From: Myxococcota bacterium
GTDB lineage: Bacteria; Myxococcota_A; UBA9160; SZUA-336
Reading direction: 5' to 3'
NCBI GenBank assembly: GCA_965247115.1
Contig: CBDFGR010000003.1
Span: 1,088,001-1,152,000, forward strand
Length of the DNA stretch: 64,000 nt
Shown in pieces: positions 28,769-37,500 of this stretch. Position 1 is the stretch's first letter. Each line of letters starts with the position of its first letter. Under the pieces are notes generated by a model, which worked only from the letters and a program-made list of their open reading frames with translations, was not told the DNA's origin and did no database searches. A program made the position numbers and the translations under genes.

Positions 28769-29068
28769 TCAGCATCGGTCAGACCTCCGCTTCGTCGGAG
28801 CCAGCGGCAAGCACGCACGACATAGCAAGAGTGCGCCGAGTACCAATAGTGTCGTCAGGCCGAGCCGGAGTCCGACCGAGAGCCCACCGCCAAGCAGCGT
28901 CGCCACGACGGCAACCGGCACCATGGCGACCAGACTCCAGATCGTCTCTTGCCGGGAACGGAAGTTGGAGCTCGATCCGCAGCGTGGACAGAGGTAGGGA
29001 CGACTCCGCGAGATCGCCAGCAAGCTCCAGGCCGTCGGCCGTCGTCCGCAGCTCGGACACTGCGCCAT
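28769..29068 (-). CDS. Small CxxC-x19-CxxC zinc-ribbon membrane protein (TIGR04104-like)
   Basis: CPSC and CPRC followed by two hydrophobic helices. Confidence 0.65.
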   Translation of the reverse strand: MAQCPSCGRRPTAWSLLAISRSRPYLCPRCGSSSNFRSRQETIWSLVAMVPVAVVATLLGGGLSVGLRLGLTTLLVLGALLLCRACLPLAPTKRRSDRC

Positions 29069-29168
29069 TTCATGAGTCCTGCGGGACCGAGCTGACGTTC
29101 GCCGGAAATGCCCTGGGGAGAACGTCCCCGAGTCTAGCGACGCGCCCGAAAAGTGCAGCCGGGCAGGA

Positions 29169-29507
29169 TCAGTTGGGGAGATCGGGGCCGAGCCCGCTCT
29201 CGCAACGAAACAGAACCCGGCTCAAGAGGCGACGTGAAGGGGCGTCCAGGTTGGAGAAGCGGACGGCAAACCCGGTCGGTGTCGTCCGAACGACCTCAGA
29301 GGGCAGCTCGATCTCGAAGGATCCCGGGTAGTAGGACAGCCGCATGCGCAGCGGGGTTCCGCTCTCCACAACGATGGAGGCACGCTCGACAAGGGCGCCG
29401 GAGGCGGAGACGTTCCACACCGTCCCGGTGCCAACCTGATCGTCACATCGGAACTCGACGGGTCCAGTCAGCTCGTAGCGCGTCGCCGCAGGTTTATCGG
29501 TCGGCAT
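29169..29507 (-). CDS. PilZ-domain protein (degenerate c-di-GMP motifs)
   Basis: NVSASGALVE, EVVR...GFAVRF; GGAGG RBS. Confidence 0.8.
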   Translation of the reverse strand: MPTDKPAATRYELTGPVEFRCDDQVGTGTVWNVSASGALVERASIVVESGTPLRMRLSYYPGSFEIELPSEVVRTTPTGFAVRFSNLDAPSRRLLSRVLFRCESGLGPDLPN

Positions 29508-29582
29508 GCCGGACCTCCGGTGACGGCATCGGCGAGGAATCTGCTCAGCCTGAGTCGGGCAGGCTGGGCTCGCTGCAAGGCG

Positions 29583-29978
29583 TCAGCGGAGATTGGCTAG
29601 GACGACGCGGAGGATGTCGAAGCGGGTCACGGCGCCGATCAACTTCCCATCCAGCACGACCGGCAGGCGTCGGAAGCTGTTCCTGAGGAACAGGCCCGCC
29701 GCAAAGTAGATGTCTGTATCGGGCGTGATCGTGGTGATGTCCGTCTCCATGAAGCTCTCGACTTTGCCGCTCGGGACATCGGCTCCGTGACCGGTGGCGA
29801 TCAGCTTGAGACAGTCCTTCTCGGTCAGCATCCCCACGAGCTGCCCGGTCTCGTCCAGGACGGGCGCCCCGGTCACGTGGTTCTTGAGCAAGGACTCGAC
29901 GGCCACCAGAATGTCCGTGTCCGTTCGCACCGTGTGCACGCGGGTATCCATGAAGTCCCCGACTGCTGGCAAGGTCAT
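29583..29978 (-). CDS. CBS-pair domain protein
   Basis: VGDFMD, GAPVLDETGQLVGMLTEKD, RRLPVVLDGKLIGAVTRFD. Confidence 0.88.
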   Translation of the reverse strand: MTLPAVGDFMDTRVHTVRTDTDILVAVESLLKNHVTGAPVLDETGQLVGMLTEKDCLKLIATGHGADVPSGKVESFMETDITTITPDTDIYFAAGLFLRNSFRRLPVVLDGKLIGAVTRFDILRVVLANLR

Positions 29979-30169
29979 GAGCAGGCTGGAGGTGCTCCCG
30001 CGCGGCATTCGTTATCCCCTCGATCCCGACCCGATCGGTACCGGCCGGGCAGCGTTTCGAGTCGCGGCGTCGACTCGTGGACCTATTGTGACCCATCGTT
30101 CGCTTGGATGGCAATCGCCAGCGCCGGCTCGCGGACTCCTGGAGCCGTTCCAGAAGTCCCCTGGTTCCG

Positions 30170-30823
30170 CTAGGTTACGCCGCTCGATGCGCACGCGCTG
30201 CGCAGCAGTCTGCGGTATCCAGCCAGGACGAGGGCGAGCGCGACCGCCTGCACCGCGTGGTAGAGCGAATTGTGATTGAAGTAGACCGGATGGACGGAGA
30301 TCTGCAGCAGCTGGATAGCCGCCGCGACGAAGGATAGGACGAGTCCCCAGGCCCCGATCGTGGCTCCGACCAGCTCGCCCCGCCGCGAAACCACGACGAA
30401 CACAACAAGCAAGAACAGAGCGGCTGGCAGGTAATTCGCGACGGCGACCCAGAACGCATCGGTCACGAACACCACCACCGCACAGTACGCTCCGAGCTGC
30501 AGCACCCCCATCCGGATGATCCAGCGGGCAGCCTCGGGACGAATCACGAGGTGTGCGCCGATCGCCCAGCCGGAGAGGGTGGTCAGGCCGATTCCCAGCA
30601 GCGTCCCGGGCCACAACAGCGCGTGGCCGCTGCTCGTGGGATCGACGAAGAAGCCGTGGACGGTCCCTCCGAACAGGGAAGACACCGACAGCGAGGCGAA
30701 GAACAGAGTCATCCAGCGGCGCAACGCTCCCTCGCCGATCCGGGGTCGCCAGACCAACCAGGCGAAGACCGCGCATTCGAGCGCCAGTGCGTAGTCCGTC
30801 AGTGTGACGTCGGGCTCGGTCAC
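30170..30823 (-). CDS. Integral membrane protein (DUF6962-like)
   Basis: EPDVTLTDYAL, GGTVHGF, FNHNSLYH; GTG start overlaps the HAD gene stop. Confidence 0.7.
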   Translation of the reverse strand: MTEPDVTLTDYALALECAVFAWLVWRPRIGEGALRRWMTLFFASLSVSSLFGGTVHGFFVDPTSSGHALLWPGTLLGIGLTTLSGWAIGAHLVIRPEAARWIIRMGVLQLGAYCAVVVFVTDAFWVAVANYLPAALFLLVVFVVVSRRGELVGATIGAWGLVLSFVAAAIQLLQISVHPVYFNHNSLYHAVQAVALALVLAGYRRLLRSACASSGVT

Positions 30824-31473
30824 GTCATCAGCCGAAGAATCTCCGAGGGCTCCCGGACCATGGCCCTGGCGCCGGCGGCCTGGAGCTCTTCGGCAGTGCG
30901 ATAGCCCCATAGGACCCCGAGAGGAAACATGCCCGCGGCGTTGGCAGTTCTCACGTCTACCTCGGTGTCACCGACGAAGAGGCATTCGCCCGGTGACACG
31001 TTCAAGCTCTCGGCGATCTCGAGCGCCCCGGCAGGATCGGGCTTTCTGGGGCGTGCGGGGTGCTCTCCGATCACTGGGGTAAACGTCCAGCGTCCCAACA
31101 GGTCGTTCACGCAGCGCTCTGTAGCAGACTGGGACTTGTTCGAGAGCACTGCCAGACCGACCCCTCGATCTGCCACATCGTCCAATAGCTCGGGAATCCC
31201 GCTGAAGGGTCTGGTAGAGACGTTCCAGCTTCGCTCGTACTCCTCGAAGTAGGCCTCGACACACTCCTTTATCAGTGCCTCGCTACGGCGGTGGGCGGGC
31301 AACGCCTGTCTCACGCACTCCGGAGCGCCGTCTCCAATGAGCATGCGATAGGACTCGATCTGGTGCGTGGGAAAGCCGCGAGCCTCGAGCACCCAATTGC
31401 AGGATGTCCCGATGTCGTGGAGGGTATCCAGGAGGGTACCGTCGAGATCGAAGATCAGAGCTGGGAAGTGCAT
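30820..31473 (-). CDS. HAD hydrolase (phosphoglycolate phosphatase-like)
   Basis: FDLDGTLLDT, LSNK, KPDP, VGDTEVD. Confidence 0.9.
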   Translation of the reverse strand: MHFPALIFDLDGTLLDTLHDIGTSCNWVLEARGFPTHQIESYRMLIGDGAPECVRQALPAHRRSEALIKECVEAYFEEYERSWNVSTRPFSGIPELLDDVADRGVGLAVLSNKSQSATERCVNDLLGRWTFTPVIGEHPARPRKPDPAGALEIAESLNVSPGECLFVGDTEVDVRTANAAGMFPLGVLWGYRTAEELQAAGARAMVREPSEILRLMT

Positions 31474-31515
31474 GGACCCACAGGGTGTAGGTTCCGAGTC
31501 TACCTTTCCTCGAGC

Positions 31516-32160
31516 TCAGCTGATGCGGATCAGCTCGAGGAGACGCGTACGAACGGCATCGACCTCCTGGAGCCGCAGGCCGACGCCTGGGGGCTCCTGG
31601 ACGTGCGTCACCACGAGGGCCTGACACTCGATGCTTCCGTTCTGTTCCGGCAGCAGGAACGTCACGTGGACTTCTTCAGCGATAGGGGGACGCTCCGACA
31701 CCAGGATCTGAACCCCCCCGTGCTTGATGTCGCGCTCGTAGATGCGCTTCAGCTCGCCCGGATCTCGCAGGTCCACCAGAAAGCCGGCATCCGTGCGAGG
31801 CGTCTCGCAGGTTCGGGGCGAGTCATCCTCGGGCTTCTCCTCGAGCAAGGCACGGATGGCCTCTCCGAGACTCACGAACCGGAAGCCGAGTGCGGACTTG
31901 AACATGGACGCCGCATAGCGGGGGTACACCTTCTTGCGTACCACGACACCCTCCGTGAAGTAGGGCGTACCCTCGGGAAGCTGGAGCTCGATGTGAAGGC
32001 GGGTGCCAATGTCGACCGATATGGTCGTTTCGACCATGAGACCCGTGTTCGAGATGTCCGACGTGAAGCCCGTGCCTTCGATGTCTCCGCGCCAGAACTT
32101 CACCGCCAGACGACGTCGCCGGCGCTTGCTCCGCCGGCGCTCCTTGCTTCCAGCCGACAT
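31516..32160 (-). CDS. Tandem PilZ-domain protein
   Basis: ERRRSKR...DISNTG first domain; DIKHGGV...GVGLRL second domain. Confidence 0.8.
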   Translation of the reverse strand: MSAGSKERRRSKRRRRRLAVKFWRGDIEGTGFTSDISNTGLMVETTISVDIGTRLHIELQLPEGTPYFTEGVVVRKKVYPRYAASMFKSALGFRFVSLGEAIRALLEEKPEDDSPRTCETPRTDAGFLVDLRDPGELKRIYERDIKHGGVQILVSERPPIAEEVHVTFLLPEQNGSIECQALVVTHVQEPPGVGLRLQEVDAVRTRLLELIRIS

Positions 32161-32200
32161 CCACCTCCCCCGTCCAATTACCTCCGGAAAGCGAGCGGGT

Positions 32201-32662
32201 CTAGCCGTCAAGTCGCCCGGAGATGATCCTCTCGAGTTCTTCGGCCGTACGACGGAAGATCGGTAAGTCGGTCTGGCGGTAGAGGACCTCGCCGTCGGAG
32301 CGAATCAAGAAGAGGGAGCGCTTGGTCATTCCGAACAGGCCGGAAGCAGCGTACGCATCGCACACCTTGCGCTCCGGATCAGAGAGAAGCGGGAACGGGA
32401 GGTCAAAGGCCTGGGCAAACTTCTCGTGCGATGAGAGAGGCTCGGGGTTGATCGCAAGTACCTGCACACCCAGCTTGGAGAACACACCGAGATTGTCCCG
32501 GTAGTCGCAAAGCTGCTTCGTGCAGACGGGCGTCCCATCTCCCGGATAGAAGACGAGCAACACAGCGCCGCTCGCGAGCTTCTCGCTCAGGCGGACTGCC
32601 CCACGCGTCGACAGCAGCTCGAACTCTGGAGCCTTATCCCCAACGGCCGGACCTCGCGCCAT
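32201..32662 (-). CDS. Peroxiredoxin (BCP/PrxQ type)
   Basis: FYPGDGTPVCTKQLC (PxxxTxxC), FPLLSD. Confidence 0.9.
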   Translation of the reverse strand: MARGPAVGDKAPEFELLSTRGAVRLSEKLASGAVLLVFYPGDGTPVCTKQLCDYRDNLGVFSKLGVQVLAINPEPLSSHEKFAQAFDLPFPLLSDPERKVCDAYAASGLFGMTKRSLFLIRSDGEVLYRQTDLPIFRRTAEELERIISGRLDG

Positions 32663-32805
32663 GCACCTGCTCCTTCGACTCTTCGACAGCTGCTCGCAGG
32701 CTAACCGAAGCAGGCATTCCTGGGGGCTCTTTTCCGCTCGAGCATCAATCGCAGCTCACCAGGAACGCCCACGCTCCATGTTCGACAGGAGTCACTCCTA
32801 CCGCT

Positions 32806-33867
32806 CTACGTCGAGCAGCCCCGGGGGCAGTGACCTTGGATCGCGAAGCGCGCCATGTGTGCGGCCCCATAGTCCTGCAACGCCGCGAGGTGATTATGCC
32901 CGCGACAGCGGAGCTCGATTCGGTCGATCGAGTGCCGCTTCGCCCTGGCCCACGGGTCGATGTGATGGAACTCGAGAAAATCGCGCGAGCCGCAGCGGCG
33001 ACCATTCGGACCGGCGAACGCACACCGACCCCCGTCCCGCGCGACAACGGCGCGCTTGATCTCCGCCGGAATGTGCCGAGATGCGGTTCCGGGCTTCTTC
33101 GCACTCTTCGACCGACCTCGGGGTCTCGATGTCAGGGCGAACTTCTTCCGCTTCGCGTCCTCGAGCAGCAACGCTAGGGCTCGACCGAAGATCTCCGCGA
33201 GGTCGCCGTCTGGAATTTGGTTGCGGAGCAGCGCCTGCGCCTCACGCAGCTTCCCGCAGAGCGTCTCGCTGCCAGTGAACTGGATCTTGAACCGCTTGCC
33301 GCCGAGCGGGCCCGGGACCGGACTCGGTGCGCGCCGCACCGTAGGCGTGGCGACCCCCTCGCAACTCGTCACCTCGCGCGAAGACTCCGCGATCTCCAAG
33401 GGCATCCGGACCGCAGAGGCCGACCTGGGAACGGGTAGCTTCCTGACCTGCCCAGGCACATCCGGGTTCGGAGCGCGGTCCGCAAGGAGCTCTTCGATCG
33501 CACGCTTGCTCTTGTGGCGCGCCAGGTCGAGCAGCTCCCCGTGGTTCTCCGGAGTGAGCCTGGGAGCGAGCAGGTTCGCTCCCGCCAGATGAAGCGCGCC
33601 CTCGCGAATTCGCTCGAGCAGGAGCGGATATGAGCGCGCAGCTCGCGCGGCGCCAATCCGGTGAAACGCCGTCGCCTCCGAGAAGTGGAGCACCTCGGTG
33701 CAGTAGCGATACATCGAGGAGTAGCCCTGTTCGAGATAGAGCTTGCGCTGGTCGACCTCCGCAAGATACCCGAGCAGATCCGCCTCGTCCTGGCGACTCT
33801 TCGCTACCAGCTCGTCGAGGCCTCGAAGCAGCTTGTGGTCGGAAACGGTATTGAGAGAAATCTTCAT
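32806..33867 (-). CDS. HNH endonuclease with DUF222-like N-terminal region
   Basis: GYSSMYRYCTEVLHFSE N-terminal motif; SRHIPAEIKRAV..RDGGRC...C...LEFHHID...CRGHN. Confidence 0.85.
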   Translation of the reverse strand: MKISLNTVSDHKLLRGLDELVAKSRQDEADLLGYLAEVDQRKLYLEQGYSSMYRYCTEVLHFSEATAFHRIGAARAARSYPLLLERIREGALHLAGANLLAPRLTPENHGELLDLARHKSKRAIEELLADRAPNPDVPGQVRKLPVPRSASAVRMPLEIAESSREVTSCEGVATPTVRRAPSPVPGPLGGKRFKIQFTGSETLCGKLREAQALLRNQIPDGDLAEIFGRALALLLEDAKRKKFALTSRPRGRSKSAKKPGTASRHIPAEIKRAVVARDGGRCAFAGPNGRRCGSRDFLEFHHIDPWARAKRHSIDRIELRCRGHNHLAALQDYGAAHMARFAIQGHCPRGCST

Positions 33868-34143
33868 CGGTGTCTTTTCATTCGGGACCGAGGGGGGTGA
33901 GGTCCAAACGATAGCACGACGTATTTCGGTGTCGGAGGATCCGCCACGCTGAGAGATCGGGCGCGCTTACACTTCGGGAACGGAACTCGCCCGAACGACT
34001 TGCAGAGAGGCATCACTGTCTCGACGGATGAGTCTCTGGTTCAAAGCTCGGTACGATTCGGTTGAGCCTACGAAAGCTGTCAAGAGCTATCTTGCTCTTC
34101 TCGCAAAGAAACCTCGCGCTGGGGAACTGCCCCCGGGGGCAGT
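32819..34143. mobile_element. Putative HNH-encoding element bounded by CCCCGGGGGCAGT copies
   Basis: Same 13-mer at 32819-32831 and 34131-34143; the latter is part of the perfect palindrome ACTGCCCCCGGGGGCAGT (34126-34143). Mobility is inferred. Confidence 0.45.
33908..33916 (-). promoter_or_regulatory. Possible extended -10 promoter of the HNH gene
   Basis: Minus-strand TGcTATCGT about 40 nt upstream of the ATG at 33867. Confidence 0.3.
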
Positions 34144-34270
34144 CGCAGATGACGGCGACGTAGAACGGGAATCCATCGCTGCGAGACGCACTGCGCCTGG
34201 ACCGGGCCGCGGAGGGGATCTCGAGACGCTACCACCTGACCCCGAACGAAACCAAGTCGGCACGCGGCCC

Positions 34271-34363
34271 CCCTGCAAGCGCGCCGAAGGCGCCGCGCGC
34301 AGCGAAGGGCGTAGCCCTGAGCGGAGGTGGGTGGGCCGCGGACGCCCGCGGCCCGGGTCCCAC
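34271..34363. repeat. REP-like multi-hairpin intergenic repeat, copy 2
   Basis: Matches 5998-6088 in the same orientation, with stem-preserving differences. Confidence 0.85.
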
Positions 34364-34501
34364 CAGGACTGGCGCAGCTGACGCCAACGTCGCGTCCCGT
34401 CCCGGCGGAGCGCTGAATCTCTTCCGTGATCTACCGATAAGACGACGACCGTCTCCAAACCCCATCTGTCACCGGGCCACGCCAGCCCCGCGAGAGGGAA
34501 G

Positions 34502-37500
34502 ATGTCCGACACTCACGACCTGCAAACCGCCAAAGAGCGGGTAGAGCGGGTATTCCGCTACCTCATGGAGATGCATCAGGTGAGGACCCCACCGGTCGTC
34601 CGGCTCGACGACCGAGAGTGGATCCTCAGGATCGACGACATACCGGAATCGGCGTACCTGCTCAAAGGCTACGATCCGGTCGACGAGAACGCGACTGCAT
34701 TTACGCGATCCCCTGGCGACTTCCTCATCAAGGTCGGGCGGCCAAAGGAAACCGAGTGCCCGGAGCCCTCGGTGGTCATCAAGAACTGGCTCCGCGCCGG
34801 CTGGGATGACGTGGACACGGATCCGGAGTCGATCGCACGCAAGACTCGCAAGAGCTCCACGGGGAGCGAGGAATCCTTCTCGGACTCGGAGGACCGAGTC
34901 GAGGCTCTGGCAGAGTTCCTCGAGGCAAAGAAGTCATGGGCCAGCGAGGAGCGGGGGGCCATCGATGCCCTCGGCGTCTTCTCGGAACTCTTCGAGCTGC
35001 ACGTGAAGCTGCAGCGTGAAGCGGAGAAGTACCAGCTCTTTCTCGGAGACGGGATTCTGGTGTTGGACCACCCTGCAGGGAAGGTGCACCACCCCACCCT
35101 GCTCCAGCGAGTCGAGCTCAAGTTCGATGCAGGCATTCCGGAATTCACGATCGTCGAGACCGACAGTCCGGAGGTCTACACACCGCTTCTCCGACACGTG
35201 GACATCGCCGGGAAGGCCATCCGCGCGCTCAGCGATACCCTCGCGGGCATGGACTTCCACCCGCTTGGGGGCGAGTCTACGAGCCAGTTCCTGAAGGACT
35301 TCGTCCAGCGCTTCTGGACGAACGGTCAGTACTTCGAGAACGAGCTCGAGGTCGAGAGCCCGAGTGGCCCGTATCTCTACCGGCAGCCACAGCTGTACCT
35401 CGGCTACCGGAATTACGGTCTGGGGGACAACATCGCGCGCTATCTCGACACGATCCCGGACCTGACCGAGCTCCCGGAGTCTTTGTATCGCGTCGTCGGC
35501 ATCGACACGGGCCGATCGGCCGAGCGGGCGGAGGATGCGAACCCGACGGACGTCCTGCTCACGAAGCACGCGAACAGGGAGCAGGAGCAGGTCATCCGCC
35601 GGCTGGAGGAAACCGGCGCGGTGATCGTCCAGGGTCCCCCCGGGACCGGCAAGAGCCACACGATCGCGAACCTCATCGGCCACCTCCTGGCTCAGAACAA
35701 GAGCATCCTCGTGACGAGCCACGCCTCGAAGGCCCTGCGCGTGGTCCGCCAGCAGCTCGCAAAGCCGCTCCAGTCGCTCTGCGTGAGTGTGTTGGAGAGC
35801 GACGAGGAGAGCAGCCGCCAGCTCGAGGAGTCGATCACCGGCATCGTCAACTATCTGGCATCGACCGGTGAGAACAAGCTCACGAAGGATATCGAGCGGC
35901 TGACCGAAGCGCGCGAGACGCTCAGTCGCGAACAGAAGGAGCTGCGCGTCCGACTGCTCGAAGCCGTCAAGGGCGAGTACCGGGAGCTTGAGGTTCTGGG
36001 CGAGAGCGTCACGCCTGCCGAAGCGGCGCGGAAGATGGCAGAGCTCGCGGGAACGGACGACTGGATTCCCGGACCGTTGCCCGAGGGTGCGGATCCGCCA
36101 CTCTCGAGCTCCGAGATCCACGAGCTCTACGCGCTGAACGCGAAGCTCACTGCCGAGGACGAGAACGTCCTACACTCCGAGCTTCTGGACCTCGGAGCGT
36201 TTCCAAGCGCAAAGGACTTTGCAGCGCTCTACGACGAGCTCTCGGAGCTCGACCGGATGAGCCTCAAGACCGGCGCAGAGTTCTGGCTCAACGACGATCA
36301 GAACACGGCCACACTGCGCGAGCTGCTGCAGGCGCTGACGCACGCGGGGGAGACCCTCGCCGCGGACGCTGCGGGAGAGCTTCTCGAGAGCGACGCCGAC
36401 TGGATCCGCGACTGCCTCGAGGCCGGCCGTGTGGGTGGAGAGCGCGCTCAGTCATGGCGCGAGCTGCGCGAGCTGATCGAGGCCTGCAGCAGCGACACGG
36501 CGGACAAGGAGCCGCTCACGCTGGAATACGGGCCGAGTGTCGAGGGCGACATACCGCAGAGCGAGCTCGCCGAGACGTGTAGGGCCATCCTGAAGCACTT
36601 CGAATCAGGCAGGGAGCTCTCGAAGCTCGCTCTGATCAGGCACCCGGAGTGGGGCGATCTGATCGCCTCCACGCGCGTCGACACCGGCGCCCCGGCGGAG
36701 GCCCTGCACTTCCAGGCGATCCTGCACCATCTGGAGATTCGCGCCTGGCGCGACCGCCTGGGGCAGCGCTGGGACCGGCAGATGCTTCCCTTCGGCCTCC
36801 CCGAGTTTGCCGCGCTCGGTCCGGCGCCCGAGCGGGAGGCCCGGCGTTACGCCGAGGGCATCGCGCTGGCACTGACGTGGCACCCCGAGATCTGGTCGAC
36901 GTGCGAGTCCAAGCTCGAAGAAGCAGGACTCGACTGGACGCGGCTCTCGAGGAAGACCGCCAGCCGTGCGTCGCGCAAGAGCGAGCTCCAGCGAACGCGC
37001 GAGCTCACCACCGAACGCATTGAGCCCCTGATCGAAGCCAGGATCGGCTTCCTGCGCAAGAAGAGCCTCGAAGCGCGGAAGGGGTACTGGCTGGGCGAGC
37101 TCGAGCCCTTCTCCAAGAAGGACGCCATCTACCCACTGACCAAGCAGCTCGCGACGGGGATCAAGAAGGGCAACTACGACACGTACAGCGTCGCGAGAGA
37201 CCGGCTCGAGCAGCTGATGGAGCTGCGACCGAGCTTCGCACGGCGCGAGGAGCTGCTTGACGGACTGGCCGCCGTGGCGCCGGGCTGGGCGAGCGCTGTC
37301 CGCGAGCGGCATGCACCCCACGCCGACGGCGCAGCGCCGGGTGATGTCGAAGGGGCATGGCGCTACCGCCAGTGGGAGCAGCACCTCGCCCGCCAGGCAG
37401 CGCTGGATCTCGACGAGCTGCAGGAGCAGCTCGACCTGGTGACCGACAAGCTGATCGGGGTCACGGCAGACTACGTCGAGAAGCTCTCCTGGCAAGCGCA

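Noticed and set aside
32806..33867. HNH gene as IscB or Cas9-like
   Set aside because: No PLMP N-terminus or RuvC motifs; HNH is C-terminal.
34414..34440. Sigma-28-like TGAA-N15-ACCGATAA upstream of the helicase
   Set aside because: Mismatches in both boxes and no supporting context.
34028..34512. ORFs 34028-34381 and 34087-34512
   Set aside because: They run through the palindrome and REP-like repeat, with low-complexity translations; probably non-coding.
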